Source of the DNA: the human T2T-CHM13v2.0 reference genome, Homo sapiens
Length of the DNA: 64,000 nucleotides
Strand: one strand, 5' to 3'
Assembly: GCF_009914755.1 (NCBI RefSeq)
Contig: NC_060930.1
A program made the position numbers and the translations under genes. Positions within the stretch are counted from its first letter, which is position 1. The number at the start of each line of letters is the position of its first letter. Positions 31,528 through 44,410 of this stretch are shown here, piece by piece. Under the pieces are notes generated by a model. The model was not told where the DNA came from and made no database searches. It saw only the letters and a program-made list of their open reading frames with translations.

Positions 31528-33786
31528 TAGAATTCTAAATTTCTTCTGTGTATTATCTTGAATTTTCTTTGAGTTTCCTCAAAACAGCTATTTTGAATTC
31601 TCCGTCTGAGAGGTCACACATCTCTGTTTCTCCAGGATTGGTCCCTGGTGGCTTATTTAGTTTGTTTGATTAGGTCATGTTTTCCTGAAGGATCCTAATG
31701 ATTGTAGATGTTCCTTGGTGTCTGAGCATTGAAGAGTTTAGATATTTATTGTAGTCATCACAGTCTAGGCTTCTTTTTACCCATCCTTCTTGAGGAGGAT
31801 TTCCAGGTATTTGAAGGGACTTGGGCCCCAAGTCCAATAATTTCATAGTATTTGCAGACTTGCGAAGGTAATTCCTTGGTGGTTTTGGATAAGATCTGGA
31901 AGAATTATCTGGATTACCAGGCAGAGACTCTTGTTCTTTTTCCTTACTTTATCCCAAACACATGGAGTCTCTCTCTTTGCTGAGCCATTTGGAACTAGGA
32001 ATGTGGTGAAGTAAGCAGCCTGTGGCCACCACCACTGAAAGTGTGCTGGGTCAGATCTGAACCCAGCAGAGCACTGAGTCTTGCCCAAGGCCTGCTGTAA
32101 CCACTACTGAGATGTCACCTATGTTCACTTAAGGCCCTAGGGCTCTATGATCAGCAGATAGCAAAAGCCAGCCAGGTTTGTGTCCTTTCCTTCAGAGTGG
32201 CAAATTCCCCTAGGCCCTTGATGGGTCCGGAGATGCTGTCTAGGAGCCAGGGCTTAGAGTCAAAAACCTTAGAAGTTTGCCTGATGTTCTATTCTACTGC
32301 AGCTAAGCTGGCACTCAAACCACAATATAAAATCCTTCCCACTCTTTCTTCCCTTTTTCACAGCCAGAGAAGCCTCTCCCTGTGGCCACGACCACCAGTG
32401 GCCCATGGGGAGTTCTACCAGGCCACTAACAATGTTCACTTAAAGACCAACATCTCTTCAGTCAGCTTGTGGTGAATGCTGCCAGGCCTGTGGGCTCTTT
32501 TCTGCTTCAGAGTAGGTCCAGAAATGCTATCCAAGGGCCTAGGCCTGGAATCAGTCCATGGTTCTCTGTGTGCTGTTGTTTCTTGTGGATGCACATCTAT
32601 GTCTTTGCTTTGAAGGATTAGTTATTCGTTCCAGTCTTCTCTGTTCAGTTTGTTTGTTTGTTTGTTTGTTTTATTGGATAGATTTGCTTACAGGTTCTTT
32701 ACTGCCCAGTCACTGACTCCTTTTTGGCTCTAGGTGCACCTTAAGCCTATGTTTGCCTCAGCTCTAGTAAACAATCAGAGAGCTGCCTTTCCTGAATGAG
32801 GGAGGTCCCCCAAAAAATATTCTGGCAGTGTGGGAGGCTGGCTAGCAGTTCATGCCCAGGGGCCTGTGGGACAAACCTCCTACAGCACAGGGCTGCTGAA
32901 TAACCATAGAAATGTGGCATCTTCTTTGGCTGAGTTACAGAGCAGAGTTTCCAGGGCTGGAAATGGGAGTCCTGCCTATCCACTTTGTCTCTGCTTGTCC
33001 TCAAGGATATTTCTTCCTTCAGGCATTCATGATGCTTTTTGTCAGTTAAGGTAGGGACAGTTCTCCTGCCAGGGAACCAAAGATGGTGGAGAAGCTGGTT
33101 GTACACCTCAGTTTCACTTTTTTTACTATAGAAAAAGTGAGTTTGGGGGACATTTTTCACACACTTGGTTACAGGGAGAAAGTAGGGAGGGGCATCATGA
33201 ATGTGGAAGTCTAATTCTCTTACTGTCCACTCAGTTATTTTCACCTTTCTGTGGCCCCAGGGAGTATCTCAAGTTCATATTTGAGTTCTGGGATATTTCT
33301 GGTAACAATCTTGGTGCTGTATATTTAGTTTGGGTTTTCTGTTATGGGGGATGGGGAAGGTAAAGCCAGATTGCTTCTATGACACCATTTTGATTTTGGA
33401 ATTGGAAGTCACTTATTCCTTTTACTTAACTCTATTTTCGTACCCATTAACCAGCTTCTTTTGATTCCCCTGTCCTGCCTACACTTCCTAGCCTCCAGTA
33501 ACCATATTCTACTCTCTACCTTCATGAGATCAACTATCTCAGCAACCATATATGAATGAGAACATAGGGTATTTGTTTTTCTTTGCCTGGCTTATTTCAC
33601 TTAACAAAATGTCCTCCAGGTCTATCCATGTTGCTGCAAATGACAGAATCTCATCTTTTATGGCTAAATAATCTTCCATTATGCATGTATACCATATTTT
33701 CTCTATCCATTCATCCATTGATGGACACTTAGAAATGCAGAATCTTGTCCACTATTCACAGTAGCCAAGTTATGGAATCAACCTAA

Positions 33787-33842
33787 CAAGCTCCTGGTGG
33801 TACAGATACTGATGATTCCTGGGCCATATTTTGAGCAGCAAG
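33787..33842. mobile_element. MER5A right part
   Basis: caagctcctggtggtacagatactgatgattcctgggccatattttgagcagca continues the MER5A left part ending at 23971. Confidence 0.7.
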
Positions 33843-34296
33843 TATTTAAAATACAGTAGTACCTGAATGCCTCTAAGTCAGAATAAAAGAAAAAAATAAT
33901 AAAATACAATAGTAGGCTGTAGAGTTCAGATCTGTGATTTTCAAAGTAGGGTTCACAGTCAGACATAGGCAGTGAGGATCCTTTTATGGTGCAAATAAAG
34001 TATAACTTAATATATTTTAATTTTCATACACTAATAAATGCTGCTTAGTAGCAGGAGTTCCTACTGAGAAGATCCAATTATCTTGCAGTGCTTGGTAATT
34101 ACGTAAAATGTGTTCATTCATTCAACAACTGCTATTAAGCATTGTCTGTGTGTGAGGCACTGATGTCGTCACTGGGAGTGACATCTGAACAAAACAAACA
34201 AAAACTCCCTGCTGTCATAGAGATTACATTTTAGCAGAGAAAAATATAATAAGATATGCATGTAGTTGGAATTCCTATATGTTTAGGAAAATATAC

Positions 34297-34581
34297 TTTT
34301 TTTTTTTTTTGAGACAGAGTCTTACTTCATCACCCAGCCTGGAGTGCAGAGGCACAATCTTGGCTCACTGCAACTTCTGCCTCCTGAGTTCAAGCCAGCC
34401 TCCCAAGTAACTGGAATTACAGGAGCATACCACTATACTCGGCTAATTTTTTGTATTTTTAGTAGAGACATGGTTTCACCATGTTGGCCAGGCTGGTCTC
34501 AAATTCCTGGACTCAAGTGATCTGCCTGCCTCAGCCATCCAAAGTGCTGAGAATTACAGGTGCAAGCCACCATAACCAGCT
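34297..34581 (-). mobile_element. Alu (S/J type)
   Basis: Poly-T followed by antisense Alu consensus. Confidence 0.92.
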
Positions 34582-34878
34582 CTTTTGTGATATTCTTTCT
34601 AAACATCTAGATCTGTATGAAGAAAGAATACAGAGGAAATAACAAATACTAGTTAATATATTAATGATAGAAAGTATTACCTCATCAAGATGTAGAGAGC
34701 TCTTGCACATGCATTGCCTGAGTATCAGATATAGAAGCTGAAAAAAATGTGATATATAGTACAAAACTATCCAGTCAATGATGAGCAAAACATAAAGGAG
34801 GCATGCTTCCAACATATTGAAAATAAAATGTATCAAGTAAATGTATCTTTTCTAAATATTTTTATTTAGAGAATAAAA

Positions 34879-35233
34879 TCATGCTGCTAATAAAGACATA
34901 CCCAACACTGGGTAATTTATTTTAAAAAAAAAAGAGGTTTAATAGATTCACAGTTCCACATGACTTGGGGGACCTCACAAGCATGACGGAATGCAAAGGA
35001 GGAGAAAGGCATGTCTTACATGGTGGCTGGCAAAAGAGAGAGCATGTGCAGGGGAACTGCCCATTTCAAAACCATTAGATATCATGAGAATTATTCACTA
35101 TCATGAGAATAGTATAGGAAAAATTCACCCCCCATGATTCAATTACCTCCCACCCTGTCCCTCCCATGACACATGGGGATTATTACAGTTCAAGGTGAGA
35201 TTCAGGTGGAGGACACAGAGCCAAACCATATCA
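34879..35233 (-). mobile_element. THE1B/C-like LTR (one end slightly clipped)
   Basis: catgctgctaataaagacataccc...ggacacagagccaaaccatatca. Confidence 0.9.
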
Positions 35234-35331
35234 ACTCCTATTCCCATAAGCCTCAATAATGTTTAAAGTGATACAAATGCCCTATAATCTAAAGAAAAAT
35301 AGAAGCGTAGAAAATTTCATAAGAAAATTTT

Positions 35332-35636
35332 GGCCAGGCATAGTGACTTACAATTGTAATCTGAGCAATTTGGGAGGCTTAAGTGGGAGAATTGCTTGAG
35401 CCCAGGAGTTGGAGACTAGACTAGGCAACATAGGGAGACCCCCACCTCTACAAAGAAAAAAACAATTAAAAAATTAGCCAGCTTTGTGGCACGCACCTGT
35501 AGTTCCAGCTCCTCAAGATGCTGAGGTGGGAAGATTGCTTGAGCCTAGCAGGTCAAGTTTGCAGTGAGCAGGGATCACACCACTGCACTCCAGCCTGAGG
35601 TATGGAGTGAGATTCTGTCTCAAGAAAAAAAAATTG
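35332..35636 (+). mobile_element. AluJ
   Basis: J-type attgcttgagcccaggagtt; TSD taagaaaattt 35320-35330 / 35637-35647. Confidence 0.92.
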
Positions 35637-37438
35637 TAAGAAAATTTGAAATAAGCAGAAATGGTTATGGTTATTTTTAATAGAAATTATGCATTGTTTA
35701 GAGCACACTCTTCCAAGTTATTCGATGTAAGCCTTTCATCACCATTGAGCTATTTTAAACTTTTAAAAGTTGTAGGTGACTGATAGCAAAGCAAAATAAT
35801 TGTCTATGCATAATTCTAGTCTATGGATATGCAATAAATTGTGTCTAGTGGAGGTTCAATTAACTTCCCTTCCCCATGATAGAAAGTCAGTTTTGCAACC
35901 ACTTGCAAATTCATTTCAATATTCTTGATATATAAGTGTCTTCATTCTTTGGGTTCTCTCTCGAATCAGTTGAAAAAGTTTTTCCAATTCTCTCATTTAA
36001 TTAATGAGTTGAAATCTTTGACATCTGTTCATTTTATATTCATAGGAGTCATGATGTTACTTTTTTGGAAAATTATCTTTTACAGATTTATGAAACAAAA
36101 CACTTCACCATTTTCAAGTTGAAAAGAAGCTTCAATTTTTACATAAATTGAATCTAATCATTCAATTAAATTTAAGTGAATTTACATATTCCTGTTATAT
36201 ATTCCAAGCATAGCACTCTTGTATGAAAGCATTAATCCCTGGATAGATGGACTGACAGCTCAAGGTCATTAAATACACTGTTTTTCCATAGTGTCCCCAG
36301 TTTTGATAACTTCTGGCTGGAAAGTTTTCCAGGCTAGCTGTTTCAGGGCTAGGGAAATCTGGGATAAAGTCATAGAGAATGTGAATTCATTTGTCTTGCT
36401 TTGTAAATTAAAAGTCAAGATTGACAGTAATGTAATTTTAAAAATAATTGCTTGATGACAATTCAATAGCTATTATACCTGAATAATAATTTTACAATTT
36501 ACATGTCACAAATAAGTGAAGAAAAAGAAATACACCCTCCAGCCCAATTCTTCACATTTGAAAAAATAGACTTCATTAAAATTAGAAACTTCTAAGAAAG
36601 ACATTATTAAGATAATGAAAAGATATGCCATAAACTTGGAGAAAATATTTGGAAAACGTATACCTGATAAAGCACTTGTATTTGGAATATATAAAGAACT
36701 CTAAAAACTCAACAATATGAAAATAAACAATCCAACTAAAAAATGCAGAAAAGATCCAAACAGATATCTCACCAAAGAAGACATACAGAAGGCAAATATG
36801 CATACAAAAAGAAGTTCAACATCATATCTATAGAGAATTACAAATTCAAACAACAATAAAATATCACTACACACCTGTTAGAATGGGTAAAATCAACACC
36901 AAATGCTGACAAGCATGTGAAATGATAGTAGGTCTCACTCACTGCTTGTGGTGTAAAATGGTTCTGCAATTTGGAAGATAGGTTTGCAGTTATCCAGAAG
37001 CTCAAATTATGTCTATAAATATTTCATATGTAATATTCAACTCTCAATAAAAAATTTCCAGGTATATGAAGAAACAAAAGGTTATAAACAAAAGCTTATT
37101 AAAACGAAGAGAAACAACAGATAGTAGAAACAGACAAGTTGGGAGTACAGATGGTGGGTTTTTAAATATTCATGCTTAATATGCTCAAGAAATAAATGAA
37201 AAAATTGTAAATGTTAGTAGAAAACTGAAAATTTTAAGGAAAAAACAAATGGAAATTCTAGAACTGAAAAATACAATTGATATTAAGAAGTCAGTGGATA
37301 GATTTTACAGATATAGTTAAATAAATAGTGAACTGTAAGATACATCAGAAGAGAATATTCAGAATGAAGAAGAGCAATAAATAGCAAAAAACATAAGAGA
37401 CATAGAGATAAAAATAGAAGGTACAAGTAATTGGAGTC

Positions 37439-37818
37439 TGATGTGCTTGGCTCTGTGTCCCCACCCAAATTCCATGTAGAATTGTAATTCCCATGTGATG
37501 AAGGAGGAGCCTAGTGAGAGGTAACTGAATCGTGGGGGCAGACTTCCTCCTTGCTGTTCTCATGATGCAGCTCTCATGAGATCTGGTTGTTTAAAAGTGC
37601 ACATCACTTCCCCCTTTACTCTCTCTCTCCTGCTCTACCATGTGAAGAAGGTGCTTGCTTAGCCTTTGCCCTTCTTCCATGATTATATGTTTCCTGAGGC
37701 CTCTCCAACCATGCTTCCGCTACAGTCTGCAAAACTTTGAGTCAATTATACCTCTTTTCTTCATAAATTGCCCCGTCTCAGGTAGTTCTTTATGTCAGTG
37801 TGAGAATGGACTAATACA
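37439..37818 (+). mobile_element. MSTA-like MaLR solo LTR
   Basis: tgatgtgcttggctctgtgtccccacccaaat...gagaatggactaataca; perfect TSD gagtc 37434-37438 / 37819-37823. Confidence 0.92.
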
Positions 37819-37828
37819 GAGTCATAGA

Positions 37829-37903
37829 AGAAGAGGAGAGTGAAAAAAAATCACAAGAAGAGGAGATTGAGAAAAAAATAAGAAGAGGAGAGTGAGAAAA
37901 AAA
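37829..37903. repeat. About 26-bp unit agaagaggagagtgagaaaaaaa x3
   Basis: Copies start at 37829, 37856 and 37881. Confidence 0.85.
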
Positions 37904-37920
37904 CAATAAAGAAATAATTT

Positions 37921-38028
37921 CTTGAACCCGGGAGGCAGAGGTTGCAGTGAGCCAAGATCAGGCCACTGCACTCCAGCCTGGGTGACAGAGCGAGACTCCA
38001 TCTCCAAAATAAAAAATAAAACAAAAAA
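37921..38028 (+). mobile_element. 5'-truncated Alu (right arm end)
   Basis: cttgaacccgggaggcagaggttgcagtgagcc...gcgagactccatctc plus A-tail. Confidence 0.92.
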
Positions 38029-38459
38029 CAATGGTTGAGAATTTTCCAAAACTAATGAAAGACATTAACCCACAGAATCAAAGAGCTGTATTCAATCTAA
38101 GAAGGAATAAAACACAAACAGTAACACTTCTAAGTGCATTTTTTTTTTTGCTAAAAAAATAAAAAAACAAAAAACAGAAAATATTTTTTAAAAAAAAGTC
38201 AGAAGGGACCTCAACAAAATACTAGCAAACCAAAGTCAGCAGCTAATGAAAAGGATTATACACTATGACTAAGTGGGATTTGTTCCTGGAGGGTGTTCAA
38301 AATACAAAAATCAAACAATGTAATATACCATATTAATAGAATGAAGATAAAAATCTCACATGTTCATCTTAACTGATGGAAATTAAGCACTCAACAAAAT
38401 TAAATACCCCTTACTGATATAAATTACTCAACATAATAAAGGCTACACAGTAGATATTA

Positions 38460-39180
38460 CTTGTATTGGTTCATGTTTTATACAGTCAGTGTTTATTTGT
38501 ATACCAATTTCATTTTCCACTGTTCCTCTTTCTTCTCAAACTTCCTTTCTGGATTTAATTTTTTCTTCCTGGAATTCGTCCTTGAGAATTCCTTTAGTAA
38601 GGCCCATTGATGTTAAACTCTTTCCAAGTTTTGTTTTTATGAAAAATATATTTTGCTCTCATTTGTGAAAAACTTACATGATTCTATGTTGAATTATTTT
38701 GTCTCAGCATGTAGAAGATACCATTCTACTGTCTTCCATCTTTTGTTATTGCTATTGAGAATTCTGCTGGTCTAACTGCTTCTTTGAAGTTACTCTCTTT
38801 GACTGTCTACCTCCTTTAAGTACCTTTTAAACTTTCAGATTCTGAGTTTTACTAAATGTATCCAGATGGCATTAAAAAATTTTTTTCTGCCTTGGGTTTC
38901 ATTGCATTTCATGAATCTCCAAATTCATGCCCTTCTCTCTCCTTAAAAATTTACCAATCCTGAACTATTGCTCAAATAAATATAATCTCTAAATATTTCC
39001 TATTTCCCATTTTATCAATTCTCTCCTTTTGAAAACTCCAATTAATTTTTTTATTAAACCTTCTCATTATATCTGCCATGTTTCTAAAACTCCTTTCCTA
39101 GATAATTTCTTCTTGACTATATTCTAGTTCACTACTTCTCTCTTCATTTGTATCTAATGGGCTATTTAACTGTTACACTG
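38460..39180 (-). mobile_element. Ancient L1M fragment hosting the DDX24 retrocopy; resumes near 42142
   Basis: gaagataccattctactgtcttccatctttt...gctattgagaattctgctg resembles L1M antisense. Confidence 0.55.
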
Positions 39181-39181
39181 A

Positions 39182-42141
39182 TTTTTTTTCTGACCATAAT
39201 TTTTAATTTAGGAAGTCTGGTTGAACATAAAGGAAGCCTATACACTGGAATAAATATGAAGCTGCTGCATATGATTCTTATTCCAAAATAAGGCCTAATC
39301 AGCATTAGGCTGAGATCTTCATTGGTGGCATAAGAAGTTCAACCACTTGAGTGGACATAATCTCCAAGGTGGAATGGACCTGGTAATGGACTGGATGACA
39401 TGCTGGACTTTAGGAATATCCACAAATCTGCATGAGGTCTCTCCTGCTACAGGCCATTGGTGTGGAAGAGAAGATTTTTCTAATTGAGGTTGATTATGGA
39501 ATGAAATTAAAGGGTGGGAAGGAAAGGTTTTCACATATGATCGGAGAACAGAGATACCACTGTGTGGTCACCAACAAACTTTGTCCCCTTCTTCCTCTCC
39601 CTCTCTCTCCTACTTTTTTCTCTTCCTCCTCCTTGTTTGGAGAAGCAGTTCAAAGCAGATTCACCACTTCTTGGGGCAGACATGAGCATAGGCATCTTAC
39701 CCAATTGAGTTGGATACTTGCAGTTCAGGTCATATTTAAATAATGGTTGGGAAAACAAATAGTGTGGCTCCTTCTAGTAGGAACTTCACCTGCTTTTGTC
39801 TTCGACACTCTTTTTCTTGATCAGCTTTTCCTCCTTTATATATCTTTTTACAATTTGTTCAATCTCTGTTCAATTTGCAGAACAGACACCACACCCTCAA
39901 TCCAAGAACTGTGCAGACATTCCTGGAAGTTCAAATACTCAGCTTTCTTCGTAAAGCAAAATGGATTTGCTCCTTGACCACATTCATGCACTTTATTTCT
40001 AGAGGGCTCTGTAAATCTTATTAAAGTTGATCTTGTCCTCAGGCCTAATCAGCATTAGGCCGAGGTCTTCATTGGCAGCATAAGCAGTTCAACCACTTGA
40101 ACGGACATAAATCTCCAAGGTGCAATGGACCTGGTAGTGGATGGCATGCTGGACTTTAGGAGTATCCAGATCCTAAGCTGCCACATCTGTTCCCAGGAGA
40201 ACAGTCTTCCATACAGGCAAGCCACTCCAGGTATCTGACTCTCTGCTTGTGGTGCATGCGAGTATGTAGGGTCAGCAGCATTTAGGACTTTGAGGAGCCT
40301 AGAAAGGTGTGTGATGTAAGAGATGTTGTTGGCAAACACTAAGGTGAGGCCTGGATACTGCATCAGGAAGTAGTACAGGTGGAAGTCTTTCTCATCAGTC
40401 TCATAATGGATCTTGGTATCTGTCAGCAACTCCATTGTGACTTCATTGCTTGTGGGGGTCAATGACCTTGGACTTGCCCCTCGTGCCAACCTTCTGCATG
40501 AGAAGGTCGAGTTTGGCAGTTTTGTCCATTTTCTTGGTGTGCTTCTTATAAAGGATTCATGCAGCAGCTTGATGTACCAGCATCACTGCGACACAAAAAT
40601 CCAAGTGTCTGTCTCTCTGGGTTGTATTGGGAGTCATGAACATCTCTAGCAACTGTGAGAGCTCAGCAAAGTAGCCTTTCTCAATCATCCAGTCAGCCCC
40701 ATCTACCACCAGGCACCTGAACTGCTGAAGGCTGCTCAAATGAAGGTGATTTTCTTTAACCAGCTCCCACAGTCAGCTTGAACGGCTGATCACAATATCA
40801 GGCTGACACCTGAGCATCCTCTGCTATTTGTGCATGAATATGCCACCGAACAAAATAGCAGTTTTAATTCCCATAAACTTGGCTGCAGCATCAAAGGGTT
40901 ATTAGACCTGGATGGCCAGTTCTTAAGTGGGAATCAGGACCAGTCCAAGCAGGTGATGTTTTAGATGTCCTTTACAGGTAGCAACTTTGCCATTCAACTC
41001 TTGTTTTGACATTCCAGTTTGCTCTTTATCAAGCCTTTCCTCTTTGTCCTCATGCCTTGTTAAGGGAAGAAAGTTCTTTACCAGCATCATCATCATAGAA
41101 GAACAGCACCTGGTTTGAGGGGGAAGCTCTGGTCTTTGCTCTGGCCTTGTTGGGTGGTACTCTAGCCTTAGCTCAGCTTCACAGGGGAGTATTTCACTCT
41201 CGATTCCAGTCTCATCAGGCAACATTCCCGACTCAGTTCCAGCCTTGCTTAGTGATCCAGTCTCAGCTCTGGACTCAGTTCTGGGCTCTCCAGGTGGTAT
41301 TTAGTGTTACTTGGAGTTAGGGCAAGCTTACTACTCCAGCACTGCCAATACTGCTTGAATCACTGGAATGACAAAGACAAGAGTTTTCCCATATCCTGTC
41401 TCAGCATCCCCAAGGATGTCTAGTTTGTCACAGATGACAGGTGTCAAAGTCAGGGCTTCTTAGACTGGTGTAGGTGCAGAGAAACCTAGAAAACCTGCTG
41501 CTTGGAGAATGGCTTGGACATAAAAAGTCCTTCAAGCTGATACATTCACCTTCTAGTCAGGCATCAGTGTCTTTGCTTTTTGGGGCACCTTTGGGACAGT
41601 GCCATGGGGAGGCTTAATTTTTTCCCTTTTTCTTCTCTTTTGGAACAATCTGGGCCGGGCTTTCTGATGCCCTCTCCTCTCCTCTGGGTCAGGACAAATC
41701 ATACCATCTCCGATTTGGCTCTGGTTCAGCATCTTTGACTTCAAACTCTTTCTGGACACTAATTCCTTCAGTTTCCACATCTTTACTTTTCTTCAACTTG
41801 ATCATTTTCTTTGAGGAGCTACACTTTACTTCCTCCTCTTCTCAAACAGCTGGTGCCTTTTTCTTCTTGGATGCCTCCTTTGAGAAGAGACTGGAGGAAT
41901 TCTTGGCAGAGGGGACCAACCAGTAATCTCAGTTCCTCAAAGCATACCACATCAGCCATCTGTCCACTTACAAACATATTTGGGTCTACCTTCACTTGCT
42001 TCCATTTCCCCACAATCTTGATTCCTTTCATCTGAAACTTCCAATAGTTTGATGGTTTTGATCTTGATTTTGTCTCCTTCAGCTTCATGGTTGCATTTGG
42101 AGATGGTTATCACAGCTCCTTCAGATGCTGGCTGCCTCCTC
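39182..42141 (-). pseudogene. Processed pseudogene of DEAD-box RNA helicase DDX24
   Basis: ATG at 42088 gives MKLKETKSRSKPSNYWKFQMKGIKIVGKWKQVKVDPNMF (DDX24 N-terminus); Walker A DILGDAETGYGKTL near 41380-41420; DEAD box decayed to DGAD near 40700; C-terminal SQPLF...KYPTQLGK; no introns, many frameshifts; ATTAAA then A8 at 39182-39189; TSD cactgatttt 39176 / cactgagtttt 42142 followed by AA (L1 endonuclease site). Confidence 0.92.
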
Positions 42142-42246
42142 CACTGAGTTTTAATTATCATATTTTTCACTTCTAAAAATTTTGATTCCTTTTCAAATTT
42201 CTTTATTTTTAGTGCAAACTTTTCATTAAATTATGATACATAGACA

Positions 42247-42538
42247 GGCCGGGCACAGTGGCTCATGCCTGTAATCCTAGCACTTTGGGAGGCTGAAATG
42301 GGTGGATTGTCTGAGCTCAGAAGTTTGAGACCAGCCTGGGCAACATGGCGAAACCCCATCTCTACTAAAAATACAAAACATTAGCCAGTTATGGTGGCAC
42401 ATGCCTGTAGTCTCAGCTATTCTGGATGCTGAGGTATGAGAATCGCTTGAACCCCAGAGGCGGAGGTTGCAGTGAGCTGAGATCACATCACTGTACTCCA
42501 GCCTGGGGAACAGAGCAAAACTCTGACTCAAAAAAAAA
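42247..42538 (+). mobile_element. Alu inserted in an L1ME/MC-type 3' end (about 42215-42740, minus)
   Basis: Alu consensus; TSD aaattatga.a.a.ag on both sides; host text catacagaaaagtgcaca...gatgaattttcacaaagtgaacac. Confidence 0.92.
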
Positions 42539-43528
42539 TTATGACATACAGAAAAGTGCACACATTATGAATATAGCTTGATGAATTTTCACAAAGTGAA
42601 CACATCTATGTAAACCTCACACAGATCAAGAAATGGAACATTCCCAGAAATCCAGAAGTTATCTTGTGCTCTTTCTACTCTTCTCATGGTAAGTTTTACA
42701 TGGTTCAGAACTTTATATACATCTAATCATACAGTAATTCCTATTTTATAATCTACATCTGATAATTCCATTATTTGAAATACTTAGGATCTAACTTATT
42801 TGTTCATTCTATTGACTTTTTAAAAATTTTTGGATTTTGAGCTCATGTATAGAGAGAGTTCTGTGAGGAATCATTCCAGGGAAGATCAGTCTTGTTTCAT
42901 CCAAGATTCCCAGGAAGTTACCAACTCAGAATTCTTTAAGTCAACTTCTGGCCTCAGGATTTCTAGGGCCCAAACACAAGTTCAAACTCCACTCTACATG
43001 AATGTAAGATTATGGTTGCAAATTCTCAAGGGGACGTTTTTCATCTTGAGCTAAGTCCTTGAAAACCAAATAACCTTTTAATTTCCTTTGACTAAGGGGT
43101 AGATTTTCTATCTCTTCCTTTCATTGAAAATGTGATCATTTGAGAATCTTGGTTTTATGTAACTGTCTTAGTTCCAACTCCCTACCTTACATGAACCAAA
43201 GCCTTGTCACTTGTCCTCTATTTAACTTAAAATTAAAGGTGTTTCTGCTTAACCACAAGATATAATTTAGCAGCACCAATGATAATATAAACTGTTATCA
43301 TGAGCTTCCTAATATGATGAATGAGAAATATACATTACTAATGTAGGAGTTTGGCTACAAATGTTTAACCTGAATCTAATAATGAGAAAACAGACAAATC
43401 CAGATTATGGCACATCCTCTAAGACATTGACAAATGGCAATGTTAAAAAAGTTCAGAAATTCTCTGCAAAGACTTAATGTTTTTCTTCTTAAAATTCAGA
43501 TTTGAGAAATAATTTGTTTAGGATGTGG

Positions 43529-44021
43529 TGTGGAAGGATAGAACAATGGCCCTCCCAAAGATGTTCACATCCTAATCCCTGAAACCTGTGAGTACATTAA
43601 ATTACATGGCAAGGAGGCATTGAGATTGCAGATTGAATTAAAGTTATTAATTAGCTGACCTTGAAATACGGAGATTATCCTGGATTATCTGAGTGGGCCC
43701 AAGGTCATCACAAGGGTTCTTAAAAGGGAAAGAGAAGCAGAAGAGACCCAAAGAAATGATATTGTGAGAGGAACCCAGCCTGATATTGCTGGCTTAGAAG
43801 ACCAAAGAATGGAGTCATGAACCAAGGAATGTGATCGCCTCAAAAGCTGGAAAAAAAAACAAAAAACAGATTCTCTCCTAAAGACTCCCTGCCAACACCT
43901 TGATTTTAGCTCAGTGTGACTTATTTTGGACTTCTGACCTCTAGACCTGTAAGATAATTTATTCTTTTAAGCTAATACATTTTTGATAATTTGTTATAGA
44001 AGCAATAGGAAATTACTAAAA
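43529..44021 (+). mobile_element. MLT1D-like MaLR LTR
   Basis: aatggccctcccaaagatgttcacatcctaatccctgaaacctgtga...ggagattatcctggattatctgagtgggccc...tttgttatagaagcaataggaaa. Confidence 0.85.
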
Positions 44022-44224
44022 ATTAGATGTGAGGGAGAAGAAATCACCAAAAGGATTAGTGGAATGGAGGTGCAACTCACAGAAATGGTGAAGCCCTGTG
44101 ATGAAGCCTTCCCAATGAGGTTTGGGAAAGAGGAAATGAATTTAATTTTGAGCACAAACCTGGGACAAGAGGCAGTCTCATGAGGGGCACAAAGCAGCCT
44201 CTTTCTTATTACAGCTCTGCCTCT

Positions 44225-44410
44225 TTCAAGCTGTTCCAACTTGGACAAGATACATAAACCCCGTGTCTCAATCTCTTTGCCTGAAGTGGGGATAATAATA
44301 GCACCCTGATAATAATAATGCCCTACTTCATAGGGTATTATATAGAGGAATAAATGGGATAATTTATGCAAGGTCTTTTTACTTGGCATGTGCTCAAATG
44401 TTGGTTAATA
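44225..44410 (+). mobile_element. MIR
   Basis: Core gtggggataataatag...cctacttcatagggtatt...aggaataaatgggataat. Confidence 0.7.

Larger units (their letters stand above)
36560..38450 (+). mobile_element. Ancient L1M fragments (ORF2 3' and ORF1-like pieces), interrupted by MSTA and a truncated Alu
   Basis: ggagaaaatattt...ctgataaagcacttgtatttggaatatataaagaactc; ggaaattctagaactgaaaaatacaat. Confidence 0.65.

Noticed and set aside
32747-33244. 165-aa minus-strand ORF
   Set aside because: Within an old L1M 5' region; no family resemblance, likely chance
33749-33786. L1 twin-priming 5' inversion
   Set aside because: The inverted block also includes the TSD and MER5A bases, which a later micro-inversion explains more simply
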